Below are positions 32,581 through 43,047 of a stretch of 64,000 nt of DNA, piece after piece. The stretch spans positions 1-64,000 of the forward strand of contig JAZIGN010000004.1 in the NCBI GenBank assembly GCA_036679065.1. The letters are read 5' to 3'. Under the pieces are notes generated by a model. That model was not told the DNA's origin and searched no databases. It worked only from the letters and a program-made list of their open reading frames with translations. This stretch comes from Coprothermobacterota bacterium. Its GTDB lineage: Bacteria > Coprothermobacterota > Coprothermobacteria > Coprothermobacterales > Coprothermobacteraceae. Position 1 is the stretch's first letter. Each line of letters begins with the position of its first letter. Both the position numbers and the translations under genes were made by a program.

Positions 32581-33389
32581 TGACTACACAGGAAATCATG
32601 GAACTGGCAATGGAAATGTCAGAGCTGGAGGTAGAACCTGCTGATTCAAGCATTTACGTTGAGGGTAAGAACATCAAGAATGTTTTCTTTGGCATTGATA
32701 TTGGTGTGGAGGAGCTTCTCTGGGCAAAGCAACAGGGTTTTGACTTGGTCATTGCACATCATCCGCCCAGTGCAGCCCTGCGATACGAGGATATTTACAA
32801 AAGGCATGCCACCTTCATGATGCAAGCCGGCATACCCGCTGAAGAGGCACACCAGGCTGTGGCTGAAAAACTGACTGACTTGCACATTCAATCAAAAACA
32901 GAGAATTTCACTCGTGTTGTGGGTATGGCAAAGCTTCTTAACATGCCGTTTATGAACATTCATGTTCCCATTGATGAGATCACCCGTAAAACCTTTCAAA
33001 GGGTCATTGATGACATGCTACCGGCCACTGTTTCTGACATTGTTTACGAGATGAACAAGATTGAACCTTTTCCGCACAGCCATGTAAAAGTGGAGGCCAT
33101 CATGGGCGACCCGGAGCAAAAAGTTGACAGATTGCCTGTTCTCATAGGAGCTTTCACCAATGGTGGTTACAGCATCGCAAAAGTGTGGTTTGACCATGGG
33201 TTCCCGGGTTTAGTTTACATGCACATTGCACCCGGAGAATTCCAAAAAGTGAAGGCGGAGTTTCCTGACAGGGCATTGGTGCTCACGGGGCACATGCCCG
33301 GGGACTACGTGGGTGCTTTGATTTTCCTCCATGAGCTCAAAAACAGGGGGATTAACGTGGTTTCCGTTGGTTTTCCTGAGCTTGTTTGA
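32577..33389 (+). CDS. NIF3/DUF34-like metal-binding protein
   Basis: GID...DLVIAHHP, NIH.P.D and GH...D motifs. Confidence 0.6.
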   Translation: MMTTQEIMELAMEMSELEVEPADSSIYVEGKNIKNVFFGIDIGVEELLWAKQQGFDLVIAHHPPSAALRYEDIYKRHATFMMQAGIPAEEAHQAVAEKLTDLHIQSKTENFTRVVGMAKLLNMPFMNIHVPIDEITRKTFQRVIDDMLPATVSDIVYEMNKIEPFPHSHVKVEAIMGDPEQKVDRLPVLIGAFTNGGYSIAKVWFDHGFPGLVYMHIAPGEFQKVKAEFPDRALVLTGHMPGDYVGALIFLHELKNRGINVVSVGFPELV

Positions 33390-33391
33390 GG

Positions 33392-34129
33392 TCACAAGAA
33401 CAAGGTAAGGTACCAATTGTAAATGTAACTTCCAAGAAAGTACGTAATCAGGGTTCCGGCGAACATGATTGGGGCGAAGGGCAGTGGAGACCTTCGCTCT
33501 ATTTTGTTTAAACCCATCAAGGCTAAGCCGATCATTGTGCCCAAGGCGTAAGTTAACACAAACCACACAAGAAGCAAATGAGGTGGAACCATTAAACCCA
33601 CAGCAGCTGCATAAAACACGTCTCCTATACCGAACCCATCAGGCACGATTAAATGTATGATTAGGTGGATCAGGAATAGTGCTAAAGCACCCATAAGGAT
33701 GGACCACTCATGCATGAAAGCTCTGCACAGTATGAGAACGCCTATTAGAGGCAGAATGAGCACTTCCGGAATGAGCATGGTCTGTAGATCAATCAAACTT
33801 AGGGGGAGTGAGAAGCACACAAAAACGATGAAAAAGATCATTTCAGGCAGGGGTAGGAAACTGGCAACAGCGAACAGCAAGCCACTAATGAATTCCACTA
33901 CGGGGTACTGCCAGGATATGGGTTCCCCGCAGTACCTGCATTTCCCTCCCAGAAACAAGTAAGAAAGTATGGGTATAAGGTCCCACGGGGCTAACTTGTG
34001 GTTGCATTTTGGGCAGTGGCTTGCTGGAAAGACAATACTTTCACCCCGTGGAATCCTGTAAATGACCACGTTCAGAAACGAGCCTACCACGGTGCCCACA
34101 ACAAAAAACAGTAAAGCGTTTAACCACAT
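33392..34129 (-). CDS. pilD: Prepilin peptidase / N-methyltransferase
   Basis: GSFLNVVIYRIP, CPKC/CRYC, ID and G.GD catalytic Asps, PFAP. Confidence 0.95.
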   Translation of the reverse strand: MWLNALLFFVVGTVVGSFLNVVIYRIPRGESIVFPASHCPKCNHKLAPWDLIPILSYLFLGGKCRYCGEPISWQYPVVEFISGLLFAVASFLPLPEMIFFIVFVCFSLPLSLIDLQTMLIPEVLILPLIGVLILCRAFMHEWSILMGALALFLIHLIIHLIVPDGFGIGDVFYAAAVGLMVPPHLLLVWFVLTYALGTMIGLALMGLNKIERRSPLPFAPIMFAGTLITYFLGSYIYNWYLTLFL

Positions 34130-34162
34130 GTGATAATTTTAACTTGTATGGTGGGAAACAAG

Positions 34163-34918
34163 ATGGTACTAAGGCTGTATGCTGGAGAAGCAGAAAAACT
34201 GGAGAAAAGCCTTATCAAAGAAGGGGCTCAAAGGCAAGGAAACAACTTAGTCCTCAACGGTGTTACCTTAAGCCTGTATAAAAGGAAATTGGTCATAAAT
34301 GCGGAAGATCATGCTTTGGCAAGGCACGTTGTTGACTTTTTAACCCCCATAAAGCCACATGGTGGATCTGACGAAGCTGGAAAAGGAGATCTTTTTGGGC
34401 CGTTAGTAGTTGCAGGGGCTTTTTTGGAAGACCAGTTAGCCATGCGCCTTGCCATTGACAGCAAGGAACTATCTAATGGAGCAGTGGAAAGACTTGCCCA
34501 TTTTTTAAGAACACATGGTGACTTTGTGGTGGAACAAATACCACCAAGTGAACTTACATCTAACATGAACAGCATCCTTCTTAGGCTCCATCTGGCAGCT
34601 TATGAAAAGCTGGGCTGTAAAAAACCATTCTACGTGGATGATTTTGGAGCCACAACACAACTTCGTAGCAAGGGACTTGTCCCGCTTTACCGTGGCGAAG
34701 TCATACCTGCAGTGGCTGCGGCCTCAGTGGTGGCTAGGGCAGTTTTTCTGGATTGGCTCAAGCAGCACAATCTGCCAGCAGGCAGTAGCCGGGATGTTCA
34801 AGACATTGCCATGCGGATTGTCTCCGAGCAAGGCTGTTCTTTTCTAAAAGAGGTGGCTAAGGCAAACTTTTCGTTAGTGAGAAGGCTTTGCCTTGGTGGT
34901 GAACAGAATCTTTTCTAA
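34163..34918 (+). CDS. rnhC: Ribonuclease HIII (start uncertain)
   Basis: GSDEAGKGDLFGPLVV, DSK, VDDF, VAAASVVAR, AK.NF. Confidence 0.8.
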   Translation: MVLRLYAGEAEKLEKSLIKEGAQRQGNNLVLNGVTLSLYKRKLVINAEDHALARHVVDFLTPIKPHGGSDEAGKGDLFGPLVVAGAFLEDQLAMRLAIDSKELSNGAVERLAHFLRTHGDFVVEQIPPSELTSNMNSILLRLHLAAYEKLGCKKPFYVDDFGATTQLRSKGLVPLYRGEVIPAVAAASVVARAVFLDWLKQHNLPAGSSRDVQDIAMRIVSEQGCSFLKEVAKANFSLVRRLCLGGEQNLF

Positions 34919-35362
34919 CCAACGGGTTACTTTGGTGTGGGCAGCATCCTTCGGAGATAGCGGTTCCACCTTAATGAATTCTAAGTTATTCCACTTGGCG
35001 TAAAGCCCATCTGTGAAAAACTGATCCCCAATGACCACTGCTGGTTTGTCTTTGGGTACGCATTTCCTTAAGATGAACCATGATATGGGAAGAGGTTTCA
35101 TGCACATTCCGTAAGCAGGGACATGTAGGGTTTCTCTGATTAGCTTTGCTCGATAAGGTTTCGTGTTACTTATGACCACGATGATGAAGTGTTTTTTTGC
35201 TTGCCGCATCCATTGTGCAATATCGTCAGGAATGACATCTTGATCGTAGGGCATTAGCGTGTTATCCACGTCCACAACTAAGGTGCCCACACCTTTACTT
35301 TCCAGCATTTCCAAAGGTATGTCGCTAACGCGACTAAAATAGGCAATGGGCTCTAAATTCAT
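34874..35362 (-). CDS. YqeG-family HAD IIIA phosphatase
   Basis: DVDNTL, ISN, KP, IGDQFFTD. Confidence 0.85.
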   Translation of the reverse strand: MNLEPIAYFSRVSDIPLEMLESKGVGTLVVDVDNTLMPYDQDVIPDDIAQWMRQAKKHFIIVVISNTKPYRAKLIRETLHVPAYGMCMKPLPISWFILRKCVPKDKPAVVIGDQFFTDGLYAKWNNLEFIKVEPLSPKDAAHTKVTRWLEKILFTTKAKPSH

Positions 35363-36009
35363 CGGCTTGGGTTAAGTAGCCAGACCTCCATTTGACCGGG
35401 CAGTTCTTTTATGTCCACCTCTGAACGGAAAGATTTTATGATGTTCGATGGGAAGTGACTTAGGAAATCTTCCACGCCGGTTATGGGCCACGTTTGTGTT
35501 TTTGCTGTCTTGAAGTGCATGGGCAGTACGATATTGGGCTGTATTTTCTGGACCACGTCATACGCTTCATTTGCATCAATGGTGTAAAAACCTCCTACTG
35601 GAACCATGAGTATGTTCACTCCTTGCAAGAATTTCTCTTCTTTTTCGCTTAGTGGCCTTCCTAAATCGCCCAAATGAGCTAAGGTGGTTTTGCCATCCGA
35701 CATCTTGAATATGATATTCTCTCCTCTTTGAGCACCACCTTGTTTGTCGTGAGAGCTAAGGAGACCTTCCACTGTTAAATTACCAAAAACGTGTTTTCCA
35801 GGTCTATCCACGACTGTAAACTGTCCCTTCAAGTCACCTGTGCAGTTGTGGTCGTCATGATGGTGGCTCACGGTGACAATGTCAGCTTCCACATTCTGTG
35901 GACCGTAACCTCCTTCACCAAACATGGACTTGTTGTAAGGATCGGTTACTATTCTTTGACCATTCCAGTCAATGTAAAAGCAGGAATGACCCAAGTACGT
36001 AATGCGCAC
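35359..36009 (-). CDS. MBL-fold metallo-hydrolase; GTG start preferred
   Basis: LGHSCF, TDP, SHHHDDH, HLGDLG, PMH; GGAGGGG RBS before GTG at 36009. Confidence 0.85.
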   Translation of the reverse strand: MRITYLGHSCFYIDWNGQRIVTDPYNKSMFGEGGYGPQNVEADIVTVSHHHDDHNCTGDLKGQFTVVDRPGKHVFGNLTVEGLLSSHDKQGGAQRGENIIFKMSDGKTTLAHLGDLGRPLSEKEEKFLQGVNILMVPVGGFYTIDANEAYDVVQKIQPNIVLPMHFKTAKTQTWPITGVEDFLSHFPSNIIKSFRSEVDIKELPGQMEVWLLNPSR

Positions 36010-36188
36010 GATAACATCCCCTCCTTCGGGCTTTAGCAAGCCTGCATGTATTCTTTTTACCATAAACATGCTCTGTTTATCCACCCACAATGGCATTACT
36101 AAACAAAGTACAATTCATTTCGTTTGTTATGTCGTATTACGATGTTATTAAATGAATTTTATGGAGTATAATTTCACACAGGAGGAAT

Positions 36189-36605
36189 TTGTTGATGCCT
36201 GAAAGTGGTGAGGGGATGAAGAATTCTGAGCTCCTTTTAGATGAAGAAGTGCTAAAAAACTTCTATTACGAACCGCACAGTTTAGGTAGCCACCGTATTT
36301 ATCGCAGGGTTCTCATAATGGAGAAGTCCGGCATGCTGGGACGCATAGCCGACTACAAGCTCATCGATTTTATTGTTCCAAGTATGACTTTGGAAGAGCT
36401 TTTACCATTAGTAAAACCTGTTAATGATGTCATGATGCAAAGATTCTTACTTCCCGGTCAAGGAAAGATGGTCAAGAAGTCGTTTACCTGGGGGCTAAAA
36501 GGTTGGGCATATATTGGTTTCTTAGAAGGTGAGGAAGATGTGCTGGACGACCTTCGTAAGGAATTCAAGGAGGCTCTAAAGCCTTTTTCTGAGGGCTTTG
36601 AGTAG
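36189..36605 (+). CDS. Hypothetical protein
   Basis: 138-aa ORF with TATAAT and AGGAGG upstream; no recognised motif. Confidence 0.6.
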   Translation: MLMPESGEGMKNSELLLDEEVLKNFYYEPHSLGSHRIYRRVLIMEKSGMLGRIADYKLIDFIVPSMTLEELLPLVKPVNDVMMQRFLLPGQGKMVKKSFTWGLKGWAYIGFLEGEEDVLDDLRKEFKEALKPFSEGFE

Positions 36606-36650
36606 TCATATTAGGGTTTCAGTGCTTCATAAAAGGGGAGGTGAGTTTTA

Positions 36651-38273
36651 ATGGCGTTGACGCTGTTTTTGGTAGCCGCAGTATTGTTTATCATTGCTTA
36701 CATTGTTTACGGCGGCTATCAGGAGCGAGTGTATGAACTGGACAGCACTAGAAAGACCCCAGCCGAGGAACTTTATGATGGTATTGACTACGTTCCCACG
36801 CATCCCATGATTCTGCTGGGCCACCATTTCTCCAGTATTGCTGGTGCAGGCCCCATCGTTGGTCCAATTACCGCGGCTAACCTGTTTGGTTGGTTGCCTG
36901 CTTATCTGTGGGTTGTTATTGGTTGCATTTTCTTTGGTGCTGTTCACGACTTTGGAGCCATCGTGGGTTCTATCAGACACAAGGCTCTCAGTATTGGTGA
37001 GCTGGTCAATCAGTATGTTGGGCATCGTGGAAAGATTCTTTTTAACTTATTTGCGTGGCTTACGTTGGTCTTGGTGGTTGCAAACTTCCTTGAACTGGCA
37101 GCAGGATCCTTCGCCGGTGACCCAGCAGTGGCTTTCAGTGCCATCGTGTACATTGTACTGGCAGTCATTTTTGGCTTGCTGGTTTACCGCTACCACTTGT
37201 CCATCTTGTGGGCTACCATCATCTGCTTGCCTTTTGTCATCGGTGCACTGTTCTTTGGCAACAGCTCTCCCTGGGTTCAGTCCACGTTTGTGCTAAGTGC
37301 CACTTCGTGGCGGTGGATTCTGATCATCTACATTTTCTTGGCTTCTATTCTTCCTGTGTGGATTCTGCTTCAGCCTCGTGATTACCTTTCTTCGTGGTTC
37401 CTGTACTTTGCCATTATTATCGCCACTGTTGGCATCTTGTTTGGTGGGCACCTGCTGGATGTTAACCTTCCTGCCTACAAGGGGTGGTATGCTGGCGGGA
37501 ACAACTACTTGTGGCCCATGCTGTTTATCACCATTGCTTGCGGTGCCATAAGTGGTTTCCACTCGCTGGTGGGTAGTGGTACCACGGCAAAGCAATTGAA
37601 GAACGAGAAAGATGCGAAAGTGATTGGTTACGGTGGCATGCTTCTTGAAGGTTTGGTTGCGGTCATTGCTTTGATCACAGTCATGAACGCTGGTAAGATT
37701 CTGCCCGTGGTAGAAGGGGGAGCGCCTAACCCGCAGTACACCTTTGGCGTGGGTTTCTCCAAGTTCTGGTCAATTTTCGGGCTGCCAACTAACGTGGGCA
37801 TTTCTTTCGGTATGTTCACAATTAACACGTTCATTCTTACCACACTGGACACTGCTACCAGACTTGGACGCTTCCAGCTTCAGGAACTAACTGGAAACAA
37901 GTTAGACCGCTACACCGCTACCATAATCACATTGATTGCCATGGCACTGCTGGTGTTCATGAAGACTGGAGACCAGCCAGTTTGGGCAGTGATTTGGCCT
38001 GTATTTGGTTCTGCAAACCAACTCCTGGCAGGCTTGGCACTTCTTGCAATTACGGCATGGATAATGAAGGGCCTGCACAAGTCTGCTTGGTTCACCGCTA
38101 TCCCCATGGTATTCATGATTGTAACCACCATCGCCGCTTTGTTCTTGCTTGTTCGCTCCAACATTTCCAAGACGGCTACATTGCCGTTGGCAATTGTTGC
38201 CATTGTGCTTATCATCCTGGCTATTTGGCTTGTGTACGAGGCTTACCATGCCTTGTCGAAGAAGAGTGCTTAA
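36651..38273 (+). CDS. cstA: Carbon starvation protein A (peptide/pyruvate transporter family)
   Basis: GHHFSSIAGAGPIVGP, PVWILLQPRDYL, IACGAISGFH, TTLDTATRL, FGSANQLLA. Confidence 0.95.
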   Translation: MALTLFLVAAVLFIIAYIVYGGYQERVYELDSTRKTPAEELYDGIDYVPTHPMILLGHHFSSIAGAGPIVGPITAANLFGWLPAYLWVVIGCIFFGAVHDFGAIVGSIRHKALSIGELVNQYVGHRGKILFNLFAWLTLVLVVANFLELAAGSFAGDPAVAFSAIVYIVLAVIFGLLVYRYHLSILWATIICLPFVIGALFFGNSSPWVQSTFVLSATSWRWILIIYIFLASILPVWILLQPRDYLSSWFLYFAIIIATVGILFGGHLLDVNLPAYKGWYAGGNNYLWPMLFITIACGAISGFHSLVGSGTTAKQLKNEKDAKVIGYGGMLLEGLVAVIALITVMNAGKILPVVEGGAPNPQYTFGVGFSKFWSIFGLPTNVGISFGMFTINTFILTTLDTATRLGRFQLQELTGNKLDRYTATIITLIAMALLVFMKTGDQPVWAVIWPVFGSANQLLAGLALLAITAWIMKGLHKSAWFTAIPMVFMIVTTIAALFLLVRSNISKTATLPLAIVAIVLIILAIWLVYEAYHALSKKSA

Positions 38274-38280
38274 GAAGGCT

Positions 38281-38637
38281 GTGAGCAAGGGGAAAGAGTT
38301 TGGAGGCGCCACGGGGCGCCTCCTTGTTTTCTTTGAACGCCCAGGCAACACCACCAGCTGTGCTACTATTGACATGCGTGAGATGGGTGATGTCTCGGTT
38401 CACGCATACAGCGACGACCCTGACCAGCTCGCTGCCGTATTGCGGTACATCCACGACAAATATCCTGAGCTGGAAGTGGAGCTCATTGACCCAAGAAACT
38501 TCTTTTATTTTTGGTATGTGGCAAAACACCGCATAAAGGGTGGCAAAGCTACTTGGATTTACAACGGGCGTAAAGTGTTCGAAGGGGTACCGTCTCTTGA
38601 TGAAGTGGACAGCTTGCTTTCACCGGAATTAGGTTAG
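38281..38637 (+). CDS. Small hypothetical protein, possible thioredoxin-like fold (start 38281 GTG or 38374 ATG)
   Basis: LLVFF..SC, helix, EVELIDPRN, WIYNGRKVFEG pattern. Confidence 0.5.
   Translation: MSKGKEFGGATGRLLVFFERPGNTTSCATIDMREMGDVSVHAYSDDPDQLAAVLRYIHDKYPELEVELIDPRNFFYFWYVAKHRIKGGKATWIYNGRKVFEGVPSLDEVDSLLSPELG
38302..38334 (+). terminator. Terminator-like hairpin after cstA
   Basis: GGAGGCGCC-ACGG-GGCGCCTCC then TTGTTTTCTTT. Confidence 0.55.
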
Positions 38638-38697
38638 AAGGTGAGAGCGTCATCAGTTGCAGCACGTATTATCATAGTATGATAGTGTCGGGCATGC

Positions 38698-38727
38698 TTT
38701 ACAGTGATAATTTGCCTATGCTATAAT
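38698..38727 (+). promoter_or_regulatory. tRNA-cluster promoter
   Basis: TTTACA-18 nt-TATAAT with extended TG. Confidence 0.7.
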
Positions 38728-38739
38728 AACAATGCTCGT

Positions 38740-38814
38740 TGGGGGATCGTCTAACGGGCAGGACACGGGACTCTGGATCCTGTAGTGGTGGTTCGAATCC
38801 ACCTCCCCCAGCCA
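38740..38814 (+). tRNA. tRNA-Gln(CTG)
   Basis: TGGGGGA/TCCCCCA acceptor, anticodon loop CTCTGGA, GCCA end. Confidence 0.93.
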
Positions 38815-38826
38815 GCGGTAACAAGT

Positions 38827-38901
38827 GGCCTCGTCGTATAGTGGTTAGTATACCGGGCTCTCAACCCGGAGGTGCGGGTTCGATTCCCGCCGAGGCTACC
38901 A
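38827..38901 (+). tRNA. tRNA-Glu(CTC)
   Basis: GGCCTCG/CGAGGCT acceptor, anticodon loop CTCTCAA, CCA end. Confidence 0.93.
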
Positions 38902-38909
38902 GTGTGTGT

Positions 38910-38985
38910 GGGGCCGTAGCTCAACTGGCAGAGCCACCGGCTCATAACCGGAAGGTTCCAGGTTCGAGTCCTGGCGGCCCCACCA
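38910..38985 (+). tRNA. tRNA with CAT anticodon (probably Ile2/lysidine, else elongator Met)
   Basis: GGGGCCG/CGGCCCC acceptor, CCGGCTCATAACCGG anticodon arm, CCA end. Confidence 0.9.
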
Positions 38986-38991
38986 CAAGTT

Positions 38992-39067
38992 GGCCCCATC
39001 GTCTAGAGGCCTAGGACATCACCCTTTCAAGGTGGAGGCGGGGGTTCGAATCCCCCTGGGGCCACCA
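38992..39067 (+). tRNA. tRNA-Glu(TTC)
   Basis: GGCCCCA/TGGGGCC acceptor, anticodon loop CTTTCAA, CCA end. Confidence 0.93.
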
Positions 39068-39121
39068 TTTTTAGTTTCTTAACATTTGCTTTAACGAAAG
39101 GTTGTCCGGGGGAATAGTGCG

Positions 39122-39130
39122 TGGTATAAT
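39122..39130 (+). promoter_or_regulatory. Extended -10 promoter element for rpoB
   Basis: TGGTATAAT about 35 nt before the TTG start; GGAGGGTGA RBS. Confidence 0.55.
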
Positions 39131-39165
39131 TTTCAATTGGCACTTCTATTGGAGGGTGATGCATT

Positions 39166-42100
39166 TTGACTGCCAGAAAAAAAATATGGGAAGTCAGTGG
39201 CAAAGTCAGTAAGCCAACGTTAAGCGATGTTCCGTATCCCGATTTCCTGGAAGCCAAGAAGAATTCCTGGAACTGGTTCATCAACGAAGGTTTGCGTGAG
39301 TTGTTTGATACGTATTTTCCCATCGAGGATGCTAAGGGACGTTGGCGTATAGACATATTGGATTATTACTTTGAAAACGATGTGGCTGACGAAACAGGCA
39401 ACCCCATCAATACCCCTGAAGACGCCGTAAGAGAACACGCCACATTCGCCAAAAGACTCATTGTTAAGGTGCGCGTGCACAACAGCGAAACTGGGGAAAT
39501 AGTCGAGAAAGAGCATGTATTAGGTAAGAGAATCCCCTGGATGACTGATTCCGGGGATTTCATAGTAAATGGTTCTAGAAGGGTGACACTTAACCAGCTA
39601 GTGAGGTCTCCTGGTATTTATTTGGAGGCTGACGGGCCGCTAAGAAGAATTTCGCTCATCCCACAAAGAGGAACGTGGATTGACATCGAATATGATGGTA
39701 AGAACCCGTTAAGTATGGTTCTGGACAGGCGTTCCAAGAAGCTCAATTTGGCAACTTACCTTAGGGCGCTGGGATACATGTCCGATGATGAGATTAGAAC
39801 GAGGCTCAAAGACAGTGCTCTGAAGTGGGTAGAATTTTTCCTCAATGATGCTGGTTTTGACAACAAGAAACTTTTTGTGATGCAGAATCTTTTGTCCTAC
39901 TTCAACCACTTGCGTAGTTATTATTCTTCCACAGCGCAGACGGTTTCAGAATTCAGCAATGTGCTTGAAAACTTGGATGTGGATGATCAGCTTCTGGAAA
40001 GACTTGAAGAATACAATGTGGAGAGCGTCTTAGATGAGATTGCAGAATCTTACGCCTCGCAGTACAGCGGTTTGGACATACTAAGCATTTTCAAAACCAT
40101 TGTGGACGAAAACCTGAAATTGTTAATTGATAAGACCATTGATGGAGATACTTCCATAAATATTTTCTCAGTTTCTACTGTGTGGGATCAGATTGTTTCC
40201 GCGCTGAGAGAAACCGAGCCTTTGGAAGACGTTGTGGACAAAGACGGCTCAGTAGTGGTTCGTGCTAATTCACCCATGAGCACTCGTGATGTGGAGACGT
40301 TCTTCAAAGCACATGTAATTCCCATGGTTAGATCGGGCAAGTATGACATCAAGGTAAAAGTTCCTGTTCGCGGTCAGATGAAAGCTTACGAAGGTTGGGT
40401 CATCGCGGATGATGTGGAAGTGGATGGAGAAAACCTGGAAGGTCGTGCTTTGGATCCTGATTTAGCAAAGAGCCTAAGGAAAGTAACCGATTCTGTGGTT
40501 CTGCATGTTCCCATAAAGAAGTATTTCCAGGGTAGTGCTTTTGTGGAGTTGGAAAAAAGAAGAACAGGCGAAACGCTTTCGGATAGGGAAGCAGAAAGAC
40601 GCTTCAGGCAACTGTTATTTGATCCGAAAAGAAATCAAATTGGTCGCGTGGGTGCATATCACATTGAACACCGCTATGGCATAAAGGTGGAAGATTCACT
40701 CACCGACGAAATGCTGGCGGAACTAGGTGGCATATTGCTCGCTTACTGCATTGGTTCTACCATGCCTGACGATATTGATCACCTAAGTAACAGGCGTGTT
40801 CGTGCCATTGGTGAACTGTATTACGAGGTATTTGCTAGCGCCTTCGAGCGTTTGGTTAAGACAGCTCGTGACGAGATGATTAACCAGCAGAAAGAACCTG
40901 AGCTCAAACTTCACCGCGTTCTGGCTCAGAACATATTGACTCAATACGTTTGGCGCTTTGTTAATCCGTCGGAAGTACATCAGCTTTTGGAGTATACAAA
41001 CCCATTAACTGAAATAACGCATAAACGCCGCGTGACTGCCATGGGACGAGGTGGCTTGAGTCGTGAGCATGCCAGTATTGAAGTACGTGACGTTCACCAC
41101 ACGCACTACGGTAGATTGTGCCCCATTGAGACGCCAGAAGGACAAAACATTGGACTCATACTGTCACTGGCGACTTATGCCAGGCTTAATGAGTACGGGT
41201 TTTTGATAACCCCATACAGGCGCGTGGTCAATGGTGAAGTAACTGATGAAATAGTTTGGATGGACGCTTTGGAAGAGGAGAAGGAGTACATTGTACCTGC
41301 TGACACCCCTTTGGATGGAAGAAGAATAAACGTGGACAGAGTACTCGCCAGGCACAGAAGTCAGTGGGTAGCAGTGGACAAAGATCAGATTACGCTCATG
41401 GATGTTAGTGTGACTCAGCCATTCTCTATTTCAGCTTCGCTGGTTCCTTTCTTGGAGTCTGACGACGCCATACGTGCGCTTATGGGCTCTAACATGCAGA
41501 GGCAGGCTGTTCCGCTTATCAATGCTGAGTCTCCCGTTGTGGCTACGGGCATGGAAAAGCATGTGGTTGAATCTTTGGACTACGTCATAAAAGCAAATCA
41601 GGACGGCACGGTTTCTTACGTGGATGGTAAACAAGTGAAGATAAAGGCAGAAGATGGGTATGAAAAAACCTATCAGCTGAAAGTCTTTGACAGAACAAAC
41701 CAGGACACGGTGATTCACTTTAGGCCCAAGGTTAAACAGGGGCAAAAGGTTAAGAAGGGTGATGTTTTGGCTGAAGCCATCACTTCCGACAACGGTGAGC
41801 TGGCTTTGGGCCGTAACGTTCTTGTGGCTTTCATGCCCTGGGAAGGTTACAACTACGAGGACGCCATACTAATCAGCAAGCGTTTGGTCAAGGATGACGT
41901 GTTCACCTCAGTGCACATACGTGAATACATGGTAGAAGTTGCTGAACTTAGCAGAGGCAGATCTGAGGAGATCACATATGACCTTCCTGATTCCGTATCG
42001 GAGCAGGAGAAGAGGTATTTGGATCCTGAAACCGGTATTGTCATGGTTGGTACGGAAGTAAAACCTGGTGACATCTTAGTTGGTAAGGTGACTCCCAAAG

Positions 42101-43047
42101 AAGAAGAGGATAAATCCATTGAAACCAAGCTACTTAGCGCCATCTTCGGTGAGAAACTGGACAAAGTAAAAGATACCTCTTTAAGAGTGCCACCTGCTGA
42201 AGGCGGAATCGTTGTTGATACTCAGATTCTAAGGAATAGTGAAACAGGAAAGATAAAGGCTGTTAAAGTGTTTGTGGCACAGAAGAGAAAAATCCAGCCC
42301 GGAGATAAGATGTCCGGTAGACACGGGAACAAGGGTGTGGTTTCCAGGGTATTGCCCGAGGAGGACATGCCTTTCTTGCCTGATGGCAGACCCGTGGATA
42401 TTGTGCTTAATCCCCTGGGAGTTCCTTCCAGAATGAACATTGGTCAACTGTTGGAGCTTCATCTGGGGTTGGCTGCTAAAGTCCTGGGCTTCAAGGTAGA
42501 AGTACCCCTATTCAGCAACTTTGGTGTGGAAGGCGTTAAAGAACTGCTTAAGCAAGCCGGACTGCCAGAAAACGGTAAGGTGGTTCTACGCGATGGAAGA
42601 ACGGGCGAAGAATTCCTTTCCGATGTGACTGTGGGTTACATGTACATGATGAAGCTCATCCACATGGTTGAGGACAAATGGCACGCACGTTCCACTGGAG
42701 ACTATGCACTGGTTACACAGCAGCCTCTGGGTGGAAGAGCACATTTTGGTGGCCAGAGGTTGGGAGAAATGGAAGTATGGGCGCTGGAAGCCTACGGAGC
42801 CAGCTATGTGCTTCAGGAAATGCTCACGGTGAAGTCTGACGATGTGGAAGGAAGGAAGAAAGCTTACATAGCCCTGACACGCAACCAGCCATTGGAACCA
42901 CCGCAACTTCCTGAGTCCTTCAAGGTGCTCGAGTTGGAGCTTAAAGCGCTGGGGTTCATGGTGGAGAAGCTTCAGACGGAAAAGAAAGAAAAGACTTTGG
43001 AGATACCTGGAGTGTCTCTCCCGAAGTTCACTACTGAAGAGGAGTGA
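39166..43047 (+). CDS. rpoB: RNA polymerase beta subunit
   Basis: [41 protein letters not shown]. Confidence 0.98.
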   Translation: MTARKKIWEVSGKVSKPTLSDVPYPDFLEAKKNSWNWFINEGLRELFDTYFPIEDAKGRWRIDILDYYFENDVADETGNPINTPEDAVREHATFAKRLIVKVRVHNSETGEIVEKEHVLGKRIPWMTDSGDFIVNGSRRVTLNQLVRSPGIYLEADGPLRRISLIPQRGTWIDIEYDGKNPLSMVLDRRSKKLNLATYLRALGYMSDDEIRTRLKDSALKWVEFFLNDAGFDNKKLFVMQNLLSYFNHLRSYYSSTAQTVSEFSNVLENLDVDDQLLERLEEYNVESVLDEIAESYASQYSGLDILSIFKTIVDENLKLLIDKTIDGDTSINIFSVSTVWDQIVSALRETEPLEDVVDKDGSVVVRANSPMSTRDVETFFKAHVIPMVRSGKYDIKVKVPVRGQMKAYEGWVIADDVEVDGENLEGRALDPDLAKSLRKVTDSVVLHVPIKKYFQGSAFVELEKRRTGETLSDREAERRFRQLLFDPKRNQIGRVGAYHIEHRYGIKVEDSLTDEMLAELGGILLAYCIGSTMPDDIDHLSNRRVRAIGELYYEVFASAFERLVKTARDEMINQQKEPELKLHRVLAQNILTQYVWRFVNPSEVHQLLEYTNPLTEITHKRRVTAMGRGGLSREHASIEVRDVHHTHYGRLCPIETPEGQNIGLILSLATYARLNEYGFLITPYRRVVNGEVTDEIVWMDALEEEKEYIVPADTPLDGRRINVDRVLARHRSQWVAVDKDQITLMDVSVTQPFSISASLVPFLESDDAIRALMGSNMQRQAVPLINAESPVVATGMEKHVVESLDYVIKANQDGTVSYVDGKQVKIKAEDGYEKTYQLKVFDRTNQDTVIHFRPKVKQGQKVKKGDVLAEAITSDNGELALGRNVLVAFMPWEGYNYEDAILISKRLVKDDVFTSVHIREYMVEVAELSRGRSEEITYDLPDSVSEQEKRYLDPETGIVMVGTEVKPGDILVGKVTPKEEEDKSIETKLLSAIFGEKLDKVKDTSLRVPPAEGGIVVDTQILRNSETGKIKAVKVFVAQKRKIQPGDKMSGRHGNKGVVSRVLPEEDMPFLPDGRPVDIVLNPLGVPSRMNIGQLLELHLGLAAKVLGFKVEVPLFSNFGVEGVKELLKQAGLPENGKVVLRDGRTGEEFLSDVTVGYMYMMKLIHMVEDKWHARSTGDYALVTQQPLGGRAHFGGQRLGEMEVWALEAYGASYVLQEMLTVKSDDVEGRKKAYIALTRNQPLEPPQLPESFKVLELELKALGFMVEKLQTEKKEKTLEIPGVSLPKFTTEEE

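Noticed and set aside
38739..39356. ORFs over the tRNA cluster and antisense to the rpoB start
   Set aside because: Explained by four tRNA genes and rpoB
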